Source of the DNA: a virus
Strand: one strand, 5' to 3'
Virus record (IMG/VR): IMGVR_UViG_3300037511_000246
Coordinates: 2,550-66,549 of that record
DNA length: 64,000 nucleotides
Below are positions 17,260-26,765 of this stretch, piece after piece. The notes under the pieces were generated by a model. That model saw nothing but the letters and a program-made list of their open reading frames with translations, was not told the DNA's origin and ran no database searches. The position numbers and the translations under genes are program-made. Position 1 is the stretch's first letter. Every line of letters begins with the position of its first letter.

Positions 17260-20200
17260 GTCTACGAACAGTTCTCGGCGGTGTAGGCGCTGCGATCGGG
17301 TTCATCTATGGTGGACCATCTGGAGCGCGATGGGGCTTCATGATCGGTTCTACGATCGGAAGTCTCGTAGACCCACAGACCATCCAAGGTCCGAAGATTG
17401 GTGAGATCGCGAACCAGACTGCTCAGGAAGGCGGTCCAAGACCGATTGTGTATGTTCGCAGTCCACCGATGCCGGGTAATGTGATCGATCAGAGTAACCC
17501 GCGCATCGTCAAGAAAAAGAGCGGCGGTAAGGGCGGACCGAAGGTTGTGTCGGAGCAAGTGTTCCGTACCTATGCCATCGGCGTCTGCGAAGGTCCGATC
17601 TCAGGGTTCAGAAGGGTCTGGCGCAACAATGTTCTTGTATACGACGTATCAGAGAACTCTGCGATTAGCGCTGAGGATAACGCGGCCTTCCTAACTAAGG
17701 GACGGTTCTTCCTAGGAACGTTTGATCAGGATGCTAGCCCTGATCTTGAGGCTATCCATGGGGTAGGCACAACGCCATCGTATCGTGGCACTGCATACAT
17801 GGTCATGGCAGACGAGGATCTTACGGATCTTCGTGGTGCTATTCCTCAGTGGATATTCGAAGTAGCGTCAGGGTGCGCCCTAGAGCGTGTGATATTTGAT
17901 GAGAGCGGTGTGTGGAATCGCCCTGACGGTGTTACAAACATCAACCTATTCTTAGTAGGTCCGGGCGGTGAAGGCCGAGGTAACTTCGGAACTGCTACTG
18001 CTGCTGCCGGTGCGCCCGGTGGTGGCGGCGAAGTATTCTATGAGACCAATGTCGATGTCTCTTCTCAGACACAGTGGCGATTGCTCGTTGACAGAGCAGA
18101 TCTAGCGACGCCGGGTGGTGACCCACATGCTCGTACACAGTTTGGACATGGCGACCCAAGTAACTCTACCTTCGTCGAACTTTCATTTGTCCGTGACGGA
18201 AGAACGATAACTTGCGGCGCTAATCAGGGCGGTAGTGGTTATCCTAGCCTCGATCCAAATAACTCTGGCGCTAGTGGTGGTGGTGGCAGCAGGTCCGTGT
18301 TCATATCAACGACTAATCCTCCTGAGTCTAATCGCTATGTTTCTCACAGTGATATTCTACCTCCTGGAGGCGGTGATCCGGGCGGTGCTGGTGGTGAGAG
18401 CCAGTTAGTCACGTTCATCAATCCCAAGATAGGTGATGGAGAGACTGACTTCGCTGGTGTCGCTGGTGGTGGCGGTGGCGCTGGCGGAGCTGGTGCGCCT
18501 GCTACTTCAGGCGGTGCTGGCGCTGGTGGTCCGGGTCTCTACTATGGAAACATCGTTGGTGATGATCTAGGCGACAATGGATGGTTCGGTGGTGGTGGTG
18601 GTGGTGCTGCTGGAGCGAGCCTTTGGGATGAAGATAGTGGCCCACAGATTGCGCAGGGTGCTCCCGGTGGTCTTGGAGGTGGCGGCAATGGCTACGGCTA
18701 CAACTTCGCACAAGTCGCACCATACGGTGGAACTCCAGGACTTGCTGGAAGCGGTGGCGGCGGTGGTGGCGCTGGTGCTGCATTTGAAACGTTCTTCGTT
18801 CCTGGTGGCGCTGGTATCGGCGTAATCCTTTACTGCCCAAGCGGAGCCAACAATCTTTCACTTAAGGACATCGTAACGCAAATCTGTGAGCGAGCTGGAA
18901 TGCCGTCAACGTTAATTGATGTCTCGCTACTGCCAGACGTCAATATCGAAGGTCTGGCAGTAACGAATCAGTATACGGCTGGTGAGATTCTCAGATCACT
19001 TGGGCAAGCTTACCTGTTCGATCCATCACCTCGCGATGGCAAGGTCTGGTTCATACCGAGAGGTGGCAACCATGTTGCTACGGTGGCAGATGCAGACCTT
19101 GTCGATGAAGACGATACACCAGAAGATGATCGTCGAGATGATTCGATCAGCGTGCCAAGAGTGCTGCATCTCAACTATTGGGACGTAGATGGTGGTCTTG
19201 CCACTAGCAAGCAGAGCAGTGAGCGTAGCGGTGATCGTCGAAGTGTAGGTGAGACGTCTATTCAGACACCAGTGTTGATGACTGCAACTCAGGCTGCACA
19301 GAACGTCGTTATCAATCACAAGGTGTTGGCGGAGAATCAGCGCGGTGCTGTCAACCTGACTCTTCCAGACAAGTGGATTGGGCTTAGACTGGCGCATCCA
19401 ATCATCGCTGAGATTGGTGGCGTCAATCATCGTGTGATGATTCAGAAGATGTCGGTGCTTGACGGGTACCAGAAGTATGAGGCTACCTACGATCGGCAGA
19501 GCGCCTACACTTCAAACGTCGAGGGCATCCCCGCTGTTCCACAGACGCCTCCTCCGACTTCCAATGTTGGACCGACGTTAATAATTCCTCTGGACATCCA
19601 GCTCCTTAAAGATAGCGATGACAACGAAGGTCTCATCTACTATGTAGCAGTCGCAGGTATAAGCCCAGCTTGGAGCGGCGCACTAGTAGAGCTCAGTTAT
19701 GATGGTGGCGCGAATTATGTGGATAGTCGAGAAGCCCTTGCATCGTCTATCATCGGTAACTTAGTTGATGATCTGCCGTCTCATCCCAGAGAATATCCAG
19801 ACACTGTACACTCGTTCCGAGTTAGCATCAATCCACCAGATTCTGAGCTTGAAGATGTCGGGCTGTCTGGAATGCAGAACAGGCTTAATCTGGCAGCCGT
19901 AGGCAGCTTAGCTCTTGGATGGGAGCTTATCAATTTCGGTGCGTGTGAGGAAACTACCGCTGATCAATGGGAGCTCAGTAACCTGCTGCGAGGTAGGAAA
20001 GACACGACGCCAAGACTGCACAATGCTGGTGAGAGCTTTGTAATGCTTGATCACAATGTGCTGGGGCTAGTAGTGTCGTCTGTTACAGACATAGGTCGCA
20101 CACTGACTCTGAGAGCTACAAGTCTGGGTGCGCCAGTAGAAACCGGCACAGTGGTCAGCATGACTTATGCAGGCCAGTCTCAGATAGAGCGACACATTGG

Positions 20201-21407
20201 ATACTTGGATGTTCGAATCGACGGTTCCAATGCAATCGTTTCGTGGCAGGGTGTGGCTCGATTGGGTGGCGGATCACTTGTAGCACATGGCGCGCAGTTC
20301 ATAGGGTATCGCGTGACATTCTATGATAACGTGAATGACCCTATCGTTGTCGATACGCTCTCGCAGAGCATCACCCAGGATATCTCCTCACTTGAAGATG
20401 ACTTCATCATCAAAGTGGTTCAAAGAAACAATCTGACTGGTGAGGGTCCGCCTACCTTCTGGCCAGACGGTGCTGACGTAGTGATACCGCCTACAGAAGA
20501 TACTGTACCACCTTATCTGTTTGAGATTGGTCAAGATATGGAATTTGATATGGGTGGAATAATGGTACAGCGCATGATCTTTAATGACGCGGTGCCACCA
20601 TATCGAATTGATATTCGTAGAATTGTGACTGCTGGACTAGACTACTCTACGCACTATTTCCCGTTAGATGCTGATTCCATAGATGATAGAACTTTCGTCT
20701 ATGCATTGGCAGATCAAGTGTGGGGCCTGACAAGACATCCAACAGACCCAGAGCGTCTCTACTGGTCAGATGGTAATACGGCGTACTATGCCAATGTGCG
20801 CGAGCATATGGGTGGCGGCAGTCCGGTCATCACATCTTTGTCCCCATTATTGGCAGGGCTCATGTTCAATGAAGATGGAACTGAACTCTATGCAGCTAAG
20901 ATCGATTTGCCATCTAGTTGCGAAATAAGAGTGTTAGATCCCGATACGATGAATCCAATTCGAGACCTGAGTATTGGCAGTAGCTGCCCGTTCAAGTTCA
21001 TACAAGGAACTGATGCTAGCGCGCCAAATAGCTTGTGGCTGTGCGACATCATCAATGGAACGCACAACGGACAGCTGTTCCGAGTTGACCGTACCACTGG
21101 CGTCATCGATAAGACGATTGAGTGTCGTCGGTACCCGATGGGTGGCCTTATTGTTGGTGACTTCATCTATGTATACTGCAAGAACAGTGATGTCGGCCAT
21201 GACCCACCTGCCGGATTCGGCATGTTCAAATATCAGATATCGACAGAGTCTGAAGTTGCGAATTTCATCAATGCAGATGACGGCGATCCATACATTGGGC
21301 AAGAGTCTAACGCTGTTGTCGTCGATGCACCATATATCTCAGTCGGCTGGGGCATTGGCCATAAAGTGTTCGATACCACAGTAGACGCATACCTTGACGC
21401 GCCGTAG
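17256..21407 (+). CDS. host-specificity / central tail fibre protein (gpJ / GTA g15-like) with internal ~300-aa Gly-rich low-complexity tract
   Basis: 1383 aa. N-terminus 'GGPSGARWGFMIGSTIGSLVDPQTIQGPKIGE...' resembles J-like proteins. Residues ~230-520 are (GGxG)n low complexity. Confidence 0.7.
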   Translation: MSLRTVLGGVGAAIGFIYGGPSGARWGFMIGSTIGSLVDPQTIQGPKIGEIANQTAQEGGPRPIVYVRSPPMPGNVIDQSNPRIVKKKSGGKGGPKVVSEQVFRTYAIGVCEGPISGFRRVWRNNVLVYDVSENSAISAEDNAAFLTKGRFFLGTFDQDASPDLEAIHGVGTTPSYRGTAYMVMADEDLTDLRGAIPQWIFEVASGCALERVIFDESGVWNRPDGVTNINLFLVGPGGEGRGNFGTATAAAGAPGGGGEVFYETNVDVSSQTQWRLLVDRADLATPGGDPHARTQFGHGDPSNSTFVELSFVRDGRTITCGANQGGSGYPSLDPNNSGASGGGGSRSVFISTTNPPESNRYVSHSDILPPGGGDPGGAGGESQLVTFINPKIGDGETDFAGVAGGGGGAGGAGAPATSGGAGAGGPGLYYGNIVGDDLGDNGWFGGGGGGAAGASLWDEDSGPQIAQGAPGGLGGGGNGYGYNFAQVAPYGGTPGLAGSGGGGGGAGAAFETFFVPGGAGIGVILYCPSGANNLSLKDIVTQICERAGMPSTLIDVSLLPDVNIEGLAVTNQYTAGEILRSLGQAYLFDPSPRDGKVWFIPRGGNHVATVADADLVDEDDTPEDDRRDDSISVPRVLHLNYWDVDGGLATSKQSSERSGDRRSVGETSIQTPVLMTATQAAQNVVINHKVLAENQRGAVNLTLPDKWIGLRLAHPIIAEIGGVNHRVMIQKMSVLDGYQKYEATYDRQSAYTSNVEGIPAVPQTPPPTSNVGPTLIIPLDIQLLKDSDDNEGLIYYVAVAGISPAWSGALVELSYDGGANYVDSREALASSIIGNLVDDLPSHPREYPDTVHSFRVSINPPDSELEDVGLSGMQNRLNLAAVGSLALGWELINFGACEETTADQWELSNLLRGRKDTTPRLHNAGESFVMLDHNVLGLVVSSVTDIGRTLTLRATSLGAPVETGTVVSMTYAGQSQIERHIGYLDVRIDGSNAIVSWQGVARLGGGSLVAHGAQFIGYRVTFYDNVNDPIVVDTLSQSITQDISSLEDDFIIKVVQRNNLTGEGPPTFWPDGADVVIPPTEDTVPPYLFEIGQDMEFDMGGIMVQRMIFNDAVPPYRIDIRRIVTAGLDYSTHYFPLDADSIDDRTFVYALADQVWGLTRHPTDPERLYWSDGNTAYYANVREHMGGGSPVITSLSPLLAGLMFNEDGTELYAAKIDLPSSCEIRVLDPDTMNPIRDLSIGSSCPFKFIQGTDASAPNSLWLCDIINGTHNGQLFRVDRTTGVIDKTIECRRYPMGGLIVGDFIYVYCKNSDVGHDPPAGFGMFKYQISTESEVANFINADDGDPYIGQESNAVVVDAPYISVGWGIGHKVFDTTVDAYLDAP
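17950..18830 (+). repeat. Gly-codon (GGY) rich low-complexity coding tract inside the tail fibre gene
   Basis: Runs of ggtggtggcggtggcgctggc. Generates spurious antisense His-rich ORFs. Confidence 0.6.
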
Positions 21408-21422
21408 CGCGGGAGATTCACG

Positions 21423-22232
21423 ATGAGCAATAGCCCGAACAAACAAATACCTTATGTTCCAGAAGGAACGCTGGACCCTGCTGCTGGTCTCAACGACGCA
21501 ATCGATGTCCTAGACGCTATCGATAGCGTTGTCGGTGTTCTCAGCATAGGGCTGACTGAGCCTCCAACTGCTAGCGATGGTGACCTCTACATCGTAGGCG
21601 AAGACGCCACTGGTGACTGGACCGGACTTGACAATCGTCTGGTTCGATATGTGGCAGATGGCGACTTCTGGCGAAGCTTCTTGCCAGGAGCTCAAGTAAC
21701 GCTGGTATACAATCGCGAAGACGGCTTACTCTATCGTTTCGACGAAGTCAATTCGCCAAGTGGATGGATCATCGCAGCTGGTATCGGAGATGCGCCGAGC
21801 GATGGTACGCGATACGCGCGCAAGGATGCTGGTTGGGAATCCTTTGCGTTTCCGGTACGAGCAGAACGTGTGACATGGATTAGTCCGATTGACGGCGTAG
21901 CCTTGGATGACAGCGTAAACTATGTAGACTTGGTCATTCCATACGATGGCACGATTATCGGAATGCGCGTTACTTCGAAGGATGGCCCTGGAACCGCTGT
22001 CATCGATATCCAGAAGAAGGCATTCGGTAGCTGGCCTCCTGATGGAACCAATTCCATTTTGGATACTAGCAAGATCACCATCACCGCGGCTGACACATTC
22101 TCGACAGACACGCCTCTTAGCGATGGCTTTGAAGATATCGATGTGGAGGCTAACGATGTTCTACGATTTGTTCTCGATTCCACGGACACCTTCACTGGGC
22201 TGTTCGTGACCCTCCTGATTCAACCTCTGTAA
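21423..22232 (+). CDS. DUF2793-like tail-associated protein
   Basis: 'IPYVPEG...DGDLYIVG...GDWTG...W' resembles DUF2793 proteins that accompany GTA-like tail clusters. RBS 'gggag'. Confidence 0.5.
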   Translation: MSNSPNKQIPYVPEGTLDPAAGLNDAIDVLDAIDSVVGVLSIGLTEPPTASDGDLYIVGEDATGDWTGLDNRLVRYVADGDFWRSFLPGAQVTLVYNREDGLLYRFDEVNSPSGWIIAAGIGDAPSDGTRYARKDAGWESFAFPVRAERVTWISPIDGVALDDSVNYVDLVIPYDGTIIGMRVTSKDGPGTAVIDIQKKAFGSWPPDGTNSILDTSKITITAADTFSTDTPLSDGFEDIDVEANDVLRFVLDSTDTFTGLFVTLLIQPL

Positions 22233-22240
22233 GGTGTAAC

Positions 22241-23137
22241 ATGACAACAGCAGCATGGTCTTCACGTGTCCGTCACGATTCTGACGCGATGTACTGGGAA
22301 TGGAGAGATGAGTTTATCACAAAGCTTGGCCTTCTTGTTGCCGGCGGTGCGTTAGCAGCAGATGAGACCAACATCACTCCGGGTGCCGGTGCGCGCGCAA
22401 GTACAAATGCCGAGCAGGGATACGCAGTCTATCATTTGGATGATTCCTTGCATGGTACTGCACCGGTCTATATTCGGTTCGGATTTGGAACGGCATCGAA
22501 CGCATCGTGCCCGCGTATCCGCGTTACTGTCGGTACGAGCACGAATGGAAGTGGCGTGCTTGGCGGAACAGCGCTTACGGCGTCGCTGGTGTGCAATTAT
22601 GAAGGTGCAGGTGTGCAGTCGAGCGACACAGCGCGCCAGAGCTACATGTCTGGGACAGACGGATTCTTTGGATTTTCATGGAAGATTGGGTACTCTACAA
22701 CGCCAGAAGCCTTCTTTGGTGTCACACGTACTTGTGACGCTGATGGCGTTATGGACGCGCGAGGCGCACTATGCATGTATTTCGGTAGTGGAAACACTAC
22801 GAAAGGCATGCAGGCACTGCGCTTTGCGGCAACGGCTGCGGCATACACGGCCTCAACTTCTAGCGTGGATCTCAGCTTCTTTCCACAGAAGGAGAACGGT
22901 CTTATTGGTTCAGATATTCGGCTCGGTGTAGGCTGGAGCATTATTCCTGAACCAACGCCGATAACCGGCTTCTGTACGACGCGTCTTACAGACTTCGCAC
23001 CTGGAGCGACATTCACCGCAGCACTAGTCGGTAGTACACCAAGAACGTATATAGCACTGACGAGTTCAGCGGTGACACCAGTGGCAAGTACATCGCAGAA
23101 TGGCGGTGCGAATTATTTGGGAATGCTTTGGGAGTAG
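22241..23137 (+). CDS. hypothetical structural protein (Gly/Ser/Thr-rich, beta-rich; fibre or RBP candidate)
   Basis: 298 aa in tail-distal position. No domain recognised. Confidence 0.35.
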   Translation: MTTAAWSSRVRHDSDAMYWEWRDEFITKLGLLVAGGALAADETNITPGAGARASTNAEQGYAVYHLDDSLHGTAPVYIRFGFGTASNASCPRIRVTVGTSTNGSGVLGGTALTASLVCNYEGAGVQSSDTARQSYMSGTDGFFGFSWKIGYSTTPEAFFGVTRTCDADGVMDARGALCMYFGSGNTTKGMQALRFAATAAAYTASTSSVDLSFFPQKENGLIGSDIRLGVGWSIIPEPTPITGFCTTRLTDFAPGATFTAALVGSTPRTYIALTSSAVTPVASTSQNGGANYLGMLWE

Positions 23138-23140
23138 ATT

Positions 23141-23347
23141 ATGGCATTCGTCATTTGTCCATACATAAACTACAGTGATTCGCCACCACCGAATCCTATC
23201 GGACCGGTACTGCAGATGTCTGGGATCATAGGTGTGGCGCAAGAAACGGTTGTCGGGCCAGCATACCGAGCTGGAAACTCGTATGTTCCAGTTGTACCAG
23301 CCGGAGCAGCAGGTGTTGATGTAGCGCCGGTTGGATATGCGGGTTAA
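23141..23347 (+). CDS. hypothetical small protein (Pro/Val/Gly-rich)
   Basis: 68-aa ORF packed tightly between neighbours. Confidence 0.3.
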   Translation: MAFVICPYINYSDSPPPNPIGPVLQMSGIIGVAQETVVGPAYRAGNSYVPVVPAGAAGVDVAPVGYAG

Positions 23348-23361
23348 CTAGGAGATACCAG

Positions 23362-23793
23362 ATGAACGTGTGGGAAATTGCGTTGAAGTTAGTTTTCGGG
23401 CTGGTGCCACCGAGCGTCTGGAGACTGTTCAAGGGGAGCAGATTGGCAGCTAAGTATCAGCATGCTGAACGGCGTAGTATCGATCGAGACGTCTTCATTT
23501 GGGAGGTATTTGTGTCTATCACATCAATGGGATTAGTGGGCGTCGCAGTGCTTACATTCATCGGCAATGGGTTCGCATTGGCGAAAGATCAGCGAAGCAC
23601 TGAGAAGCAAGTTATTGCGACTCGACTCGAACAGCTTGAGTGGCGCATGTTTGATCTACGGGTCAAACAGTGTGAAGCGATCAAACGTGGCGAGAGCCCG
23701 CAAGTGTACACGGTTCAACTCGCAGAACAGATGAAGACTTACCGCGCCATAGCAGGCAGAGACCCTGATCTGCCTCGGTGTGAGCAAGTATGA
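23362..23793 (+). CDS. membrane protein (holin candidate)
   Basis: Two hydrophobic segments ('ALKLVFGLVPPSVW', 'VFVSITSMGLVGVAVLTFIGNGFALA'). Followed by a peptidase-like gene. Confidence 0.3.
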   Translation: MNVWEIALKLVFGLVPPSVWRLFKGSRLAAKYQHAERRSIDRDVFIWEVFVSITSMGLVGVAVLTFIGNGFALAKDQRSTEKQVIATRLEQLEWRMFDLRVKQCEAIKRGESPQVYTVQLAEQMKTYRAIAGRDPDLPRCEQV

Positions 23794-24218
23794 GCGAGTC
23801 ATTAGGCCAGAAGCAGGAACGCTTCGCACTGGCATTTGCTAACTGGATTGTCGCTGTTGCGGCGCTCGGTTACAGCATTCGCCTTGGCGAAGTACTCCGC
23901 AGTGATGAGCAGGCTGAGATCAATGCCATCGGCAACGACGGTCGCAAGAAACTGTCTGCAGAACTGATGGTGCATTGGCCAGAGCTCGCAAAGCGCATTG
24001 CCAACAATGCAGGTTCTGGGATCAGGAACAGCCTGCATGAGATCAAGCTTGCTGCAGATGTGAACCTCTTCTATCAGGGTCAGTGGATCAGTGATGGCAA
24101 CAGCGAGCACTGGAAGAAGTGTGGCGAACTGTGGGAATCGATGGGCACTGACCATCGTTGGGGCGGACGCTTCGGTGATGGCAACCATGTCAGCATCGAG
24201 CATGAGGGACGCAAGTGA
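23790..24218 (+). CDS. M15-like (VanY/L-Ala-D-Glu peptidase-like) endolysin candidate with N-terminal signal-anchor
   Basis: 'NSLHEIKLAADV' fits SxHxxxxAxD (H-x6-D zinc ligands). 'WGGRFGDGNHVSIEH' resembles the C-terminal D..H.E motif. Hydrophobic 'FALAFANWIVAVAALGY' at the N-terminus. Confidence 0.45.
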   Translation: MSESLGQKQERFALAFANWIVAVAALGYSIRLGEVLRSDEQAEINAIGNDGRKKLSAELMVHWPELAKRIANNAGSGIRNSLHEIKLAADVNLFYQGQWISDGNSEHWKKCGELWESMGTDHRWGGRFGDGNHVSIEHEGRK

Positions 24219-24823
24219 AAGATTCCTTCTATGGCCCGATCCGCAGCTTTGAGTGGGATTTGTGGAAGCTATGGCTGCGCAAGGGATCGAGCATTCTCGA
24301 GCTCGGCAATAAGAAGAACATCCTTGGCGTATACAAGATCTTCCTTGAGAGCAAGGGATACCAGCATGTGAGCATCGATATCAATGGTCAGGATGGCGCA
24401 CTGCCGTTTGACTTGCGAGAGCCGGTGCCGCCATTGCTCGAGAAGCTGAGATTGCCACGTCAGTATGATCTGCTGACGAACTCTGGGGTCATTGAACATG
24501 TCGATGTCAATCAGGAAGCGGCATGGCGCAACGCCTTTGATCTTGTCAAAGTCGGCGGTGTGCAGATCCACATTACTCCGGCTGCCGGGCACTGGTTGAA
24601 TCATGGACTCTATCATCCAACGATTGAGTTCTTTGAGACGATGGCTATTGCGAATGACATGGTGGTGCATACACTCGAGAAGTACAGTTGGACGAAAGGC
24701 AAGGTCTTGATAAGGGCTGTCTTGCAGAAAACACGAGACATGGATTTCCAGTATCCTGGAGATCACTTGCTTGATGATACGCCGCGTCGGCATGCTATTG
24801 CACGCGGCAAGCCTTTGAGTTGA
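24215..24823 (+). CDS. putative SAM-dependent methyltransferase-like protein
   Basis: Weak class-I MTase motifs 'ILELGNKKN', 'YDLLTNSGVIEHV', 'LVKVGGVQI'. Confidence 0.3.
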   Translation: MKDSFYGPIRSFEWDLWKLWLRKGSSILELGNKKNILGVYKIFLESKGYQHVSIDINGQDGALPFDLREPVPPLLEKLRLPRQYDLLTNSGVIEHVDVNQEAAWRNAFDLVKVGGVQIHITPAAGHWLNHGLYHPTIEFFETMAIANDMVVHTLEKYSWTKGKVLIRAVLQKTRDMDFQYPGDHLLDDTPRRHAIARGKPLS

Positions 24824-24848
24824 TCGTAGTTACAAGAGGAGAGCTGAG

Positions 24849-25244
24849 ATGAGAAAGATGCTGATGGTTGGAACAATCGCCGCGATGCTTGCGGCAGGTG
24901 CAGCGCTCGCTGCTACTTTGAATATCTCATGGCAGAACGCCACACAGAATACGGATGGTTCCGCCATTCCAGCTTCTGGGGCCGGAAGCCTCGTATCCAC
25001 GACGGTGGAGTATGGTCCATGCAACGCTGCGAAAGATGCGCTCGCATCTATCACTGGCACCATCACGACGCCATATCCTGGAACGGCACCGGCCACGAAG
25101 CCGGATGTTCCGCCCGGTACATGGTGCGGTCGTGCATGGCATACGAACACATACGGGGTCACCAGTGATCCAACGGCAGTGGCCTCAGCGGTGAAGGATC
25201 CGCCGAAGCCGAACAAGCCGGCAAATTTTTCGTTCGGATTGTAA
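24849..25244 (+). CDS. secreted protein (signal peptide)
   Basis: N-terminal 'MRKMLMVGTIAAMLAAGAALAATL' signal peptide. RBS 'aggagag'. Confidence 0.4.
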   Translation: MRKMLMVGTIAAMLAAGAALAATLNISWQNATQNTDGSAIPASGAGSLVSTTVEYGPCNAAKDALASITGTITTPYPGTAPATKPDVPPGTWCGRAWHTNTYGVTSDPTAVASAVKDPPKPNKPANFSFGL

Positions 25245-25300
25245 GGGCTCTGCTGGGCTTACTATCCAAGATATTCTAACTGGCAGAAGAGAGGTTTAAG

Positions 25301-26002
25301 ATGGACAAGATCGGTATGCTCGATTCAGCCGTCATCAGAGCATTGCTGCTCGCGGTGGCTGGTCTGGTAGGTTTGATACTTTCGTTCTTCGGTGTGACTC
25401 AGGAGATGTTTGACGCGCAATCGTCAAGGGTGATCGATGCTGTGCTGCTGGTTATCACGACCGGCTCTGCCTTCTATGCCATGTGGTCTCGAGCGCGACA
25501 TGCGACGCCGCCCATTACCGATGCTGCGGTAAAGGCTACGGAGCAGCGTGTTGCACAAGAGACCGCTGACAAGCAAGGCGGAAGAGCCAGTGTGTCGCTT
25601 CTCAGTCTCATTGCTGGCATCGGTGTGATGTCAGTAGTGCTGATGGCAAGTGGATGCGCTTCACTCAACCCGGTGAGAGCCGCGCAGAGCTCAGAGCAAA
25701 AGGCATACGCGCTCTATGGAGAGTTCGTAGTGTTCGAAGAGCAGGCTGCGGTCTTATACCAGAGCTCGACGGCATCGGCGAAAGTGAAGACTGCATTACG
25801 CGCAGCAGATGCAGTGGCGAAGCCGCTGGCTGACAAACTGCTGGACGCCGCACAGTCAGTGCTTGCCATCAAATTGGAACTGGATGCCGGCACTACTACG
25901 AAGGACAAGCTGCTGATCGCACTACAGAATCTCGATCGGTACATTACCGAAGCCGGTCCGAAGATCAAAGCGCTCGGTAGCGCATTCAAGGAGGCAACAT
26001 GA
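25301..26002 (+). CDS. membrane protein (spanin-like or holin-associated candidate)
   Basis: Three hydrophobic segments. Contains 'LMASGCASL' (lipobox-like). C-terminal half is Ala-rich and helical. Confidence 0.35.
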   Translation: MDKIGMLDSAVIRALLLAVAGLVGLILSFFGVTQEMFDAQSSRVIDAVLLVITTGSAFYAMWSRARHATPPITDAAVKATEQRVAQETADKQGGRASVSLLSLIAGIGVMSVVLMASGCASLNPVRAAQSSEQKAYALYGEFVVFEEQAAVLYQSSTASAKVKTALRAADAVAKPLADKLLDAAQSVLAIKLELDAGTTTKDKLLIALQNLDRYITEAGPKIKALGSAFKEAT

Positions 26003-26355
26003 GCTTGCAATCGACGTTCTCAACTATCTCAGCTCTGCTGAGTGGACTGAGCCTTGCTGCGCGCAATCCGGTGTTCTCCGGTGCTGGTGTGGCAATCTCA
26101 GCGGTACTGGATCTGGCATCGTCTCTGGTGGCGCGTGGTGAAGCCGGAGCTGCAGAGCTCGAGAAGCTGACCGAAGAAATCAAAGCGATGGTGGCCGAAG
26201 GTCGACAGCCGACGGCTGCAGAATGGAAGTCGCTGCGGTCTCGATCAGATGCAGCACATGCCATTCTTCAAGGGACACCGGCATCAGCGCCGGAACCCGA
26301 GAAGCCGGTGGACAGTGGTGGCAGTGGTGATGGAAGCGGCGGTCAGCAGACGTAA
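25999..26355 (+). CDS. hypothetical protein (N-terminal hydrophobic helix, Gly/Ser-rich C-terminus)
   Basis: ATGA-coupled to the upstream gene. Last gene of the plus-strand operon. Confidence 0.35.
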   Translation: MSLQSTFSTISALLSGLSLAARNPVFSGAGVAISAVLDLASSLVARGEAGAAELEKLTEEIKAMVAEGRQPTAAEWKSLRSRSDAAHAILQGTPASAPEPEKPVDSGGSGDGSGGQQT

Positions 26356-26373
26356 GATCTGAGACGTTCAAAA

Positions 26374-26413
26374 GGCCCGTCACCTTGAGTGGTGACGGGC
26401 CTTGTTCTTTATT
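26374..26413. terminator. bidirectional rho-independent terminator between convergent operons
   Basis: GGCCCGTCACC-ttgagt-GGTGACGGGCC followed by ttgttctttatt; an A-run precedes it for the opposite strand. Confidence 0.7.
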
Positions 26414-26663
26414 AGACTAGGTTCTGCAGCGAGCACATCTCGGTGTCGTAACCGAAGAGCTCCATTAGACGCATGGCGCTCAATGACATGGCGCGCAGTT
26501 CTTTGCGCAGCTTGTCAACGTCTCGATCGGAGTCGAGTATCTCCTCGTCGTCCAATTGAGATATGGCGTCTTCAAGTGTGGATAGTTGCGCATGCACAAA
26601 GCCACGTTCATACTCGCCAAGTTTCGCCGGCTTGGGTTTCTTGCTTGTCTTCTTGCTAGCCAT
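26412..26663 (-). CDS. hypothetical acidic protein
   Basis: Start at the internal ATG with RBS 'ggagacggagaac'. 83 aa. Confidence 0.4.
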   Translation of the reverse strand: MASKKTSKKPKPAKLGEYERGFVHAQLSTLEDAISQLDDEEILDSDRDVDKLRKELRAMSLSAMRLMELFGYDTEMCSLQNLV

Positions 26664-26694
26664 GTTCTCCGTCTCCTGTAGATAGAACGGGAGC

Positions 26695-26723
26695 ACGGTA
26701 GCGCGCAATGCGCAGCGTTGCAA
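26695..26723 (-). promoter_or_regulatory. sigma70-like promoter (TTGCAA-N17-TACCGT) containing palindrome CGCAATGCG in the spacer
   Basis: On the minus strand: TTGCAAcgctgcgcattgcgcgcTACCGT, ~30 nt upstream of the 26663 start. Same architecture as the promoter at 55938..55967. Confidence 0.4.
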
Positions 26724-26765
26724 CGGTAATGCCCGGTGCCTAGGGCCGGCTTTGCGCCCTAGCAC

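Noticed and set aside
18502-18861. His-rich antisense ORF ('HHHHHHRTIH') and plus-strand ORF 18577..18825
   Set aside because: These are artefacts of the Gly-codon (GGN) repeat inside the 1383-aa tail fibre gene.
24927-25216. Cluster of small overlapping ORFs on both strands within 24849..25244
   Set aside because: The signal-peptide-bearing plus-strand ORF with an RBS explains the region. The others are out-of-frame shadows.
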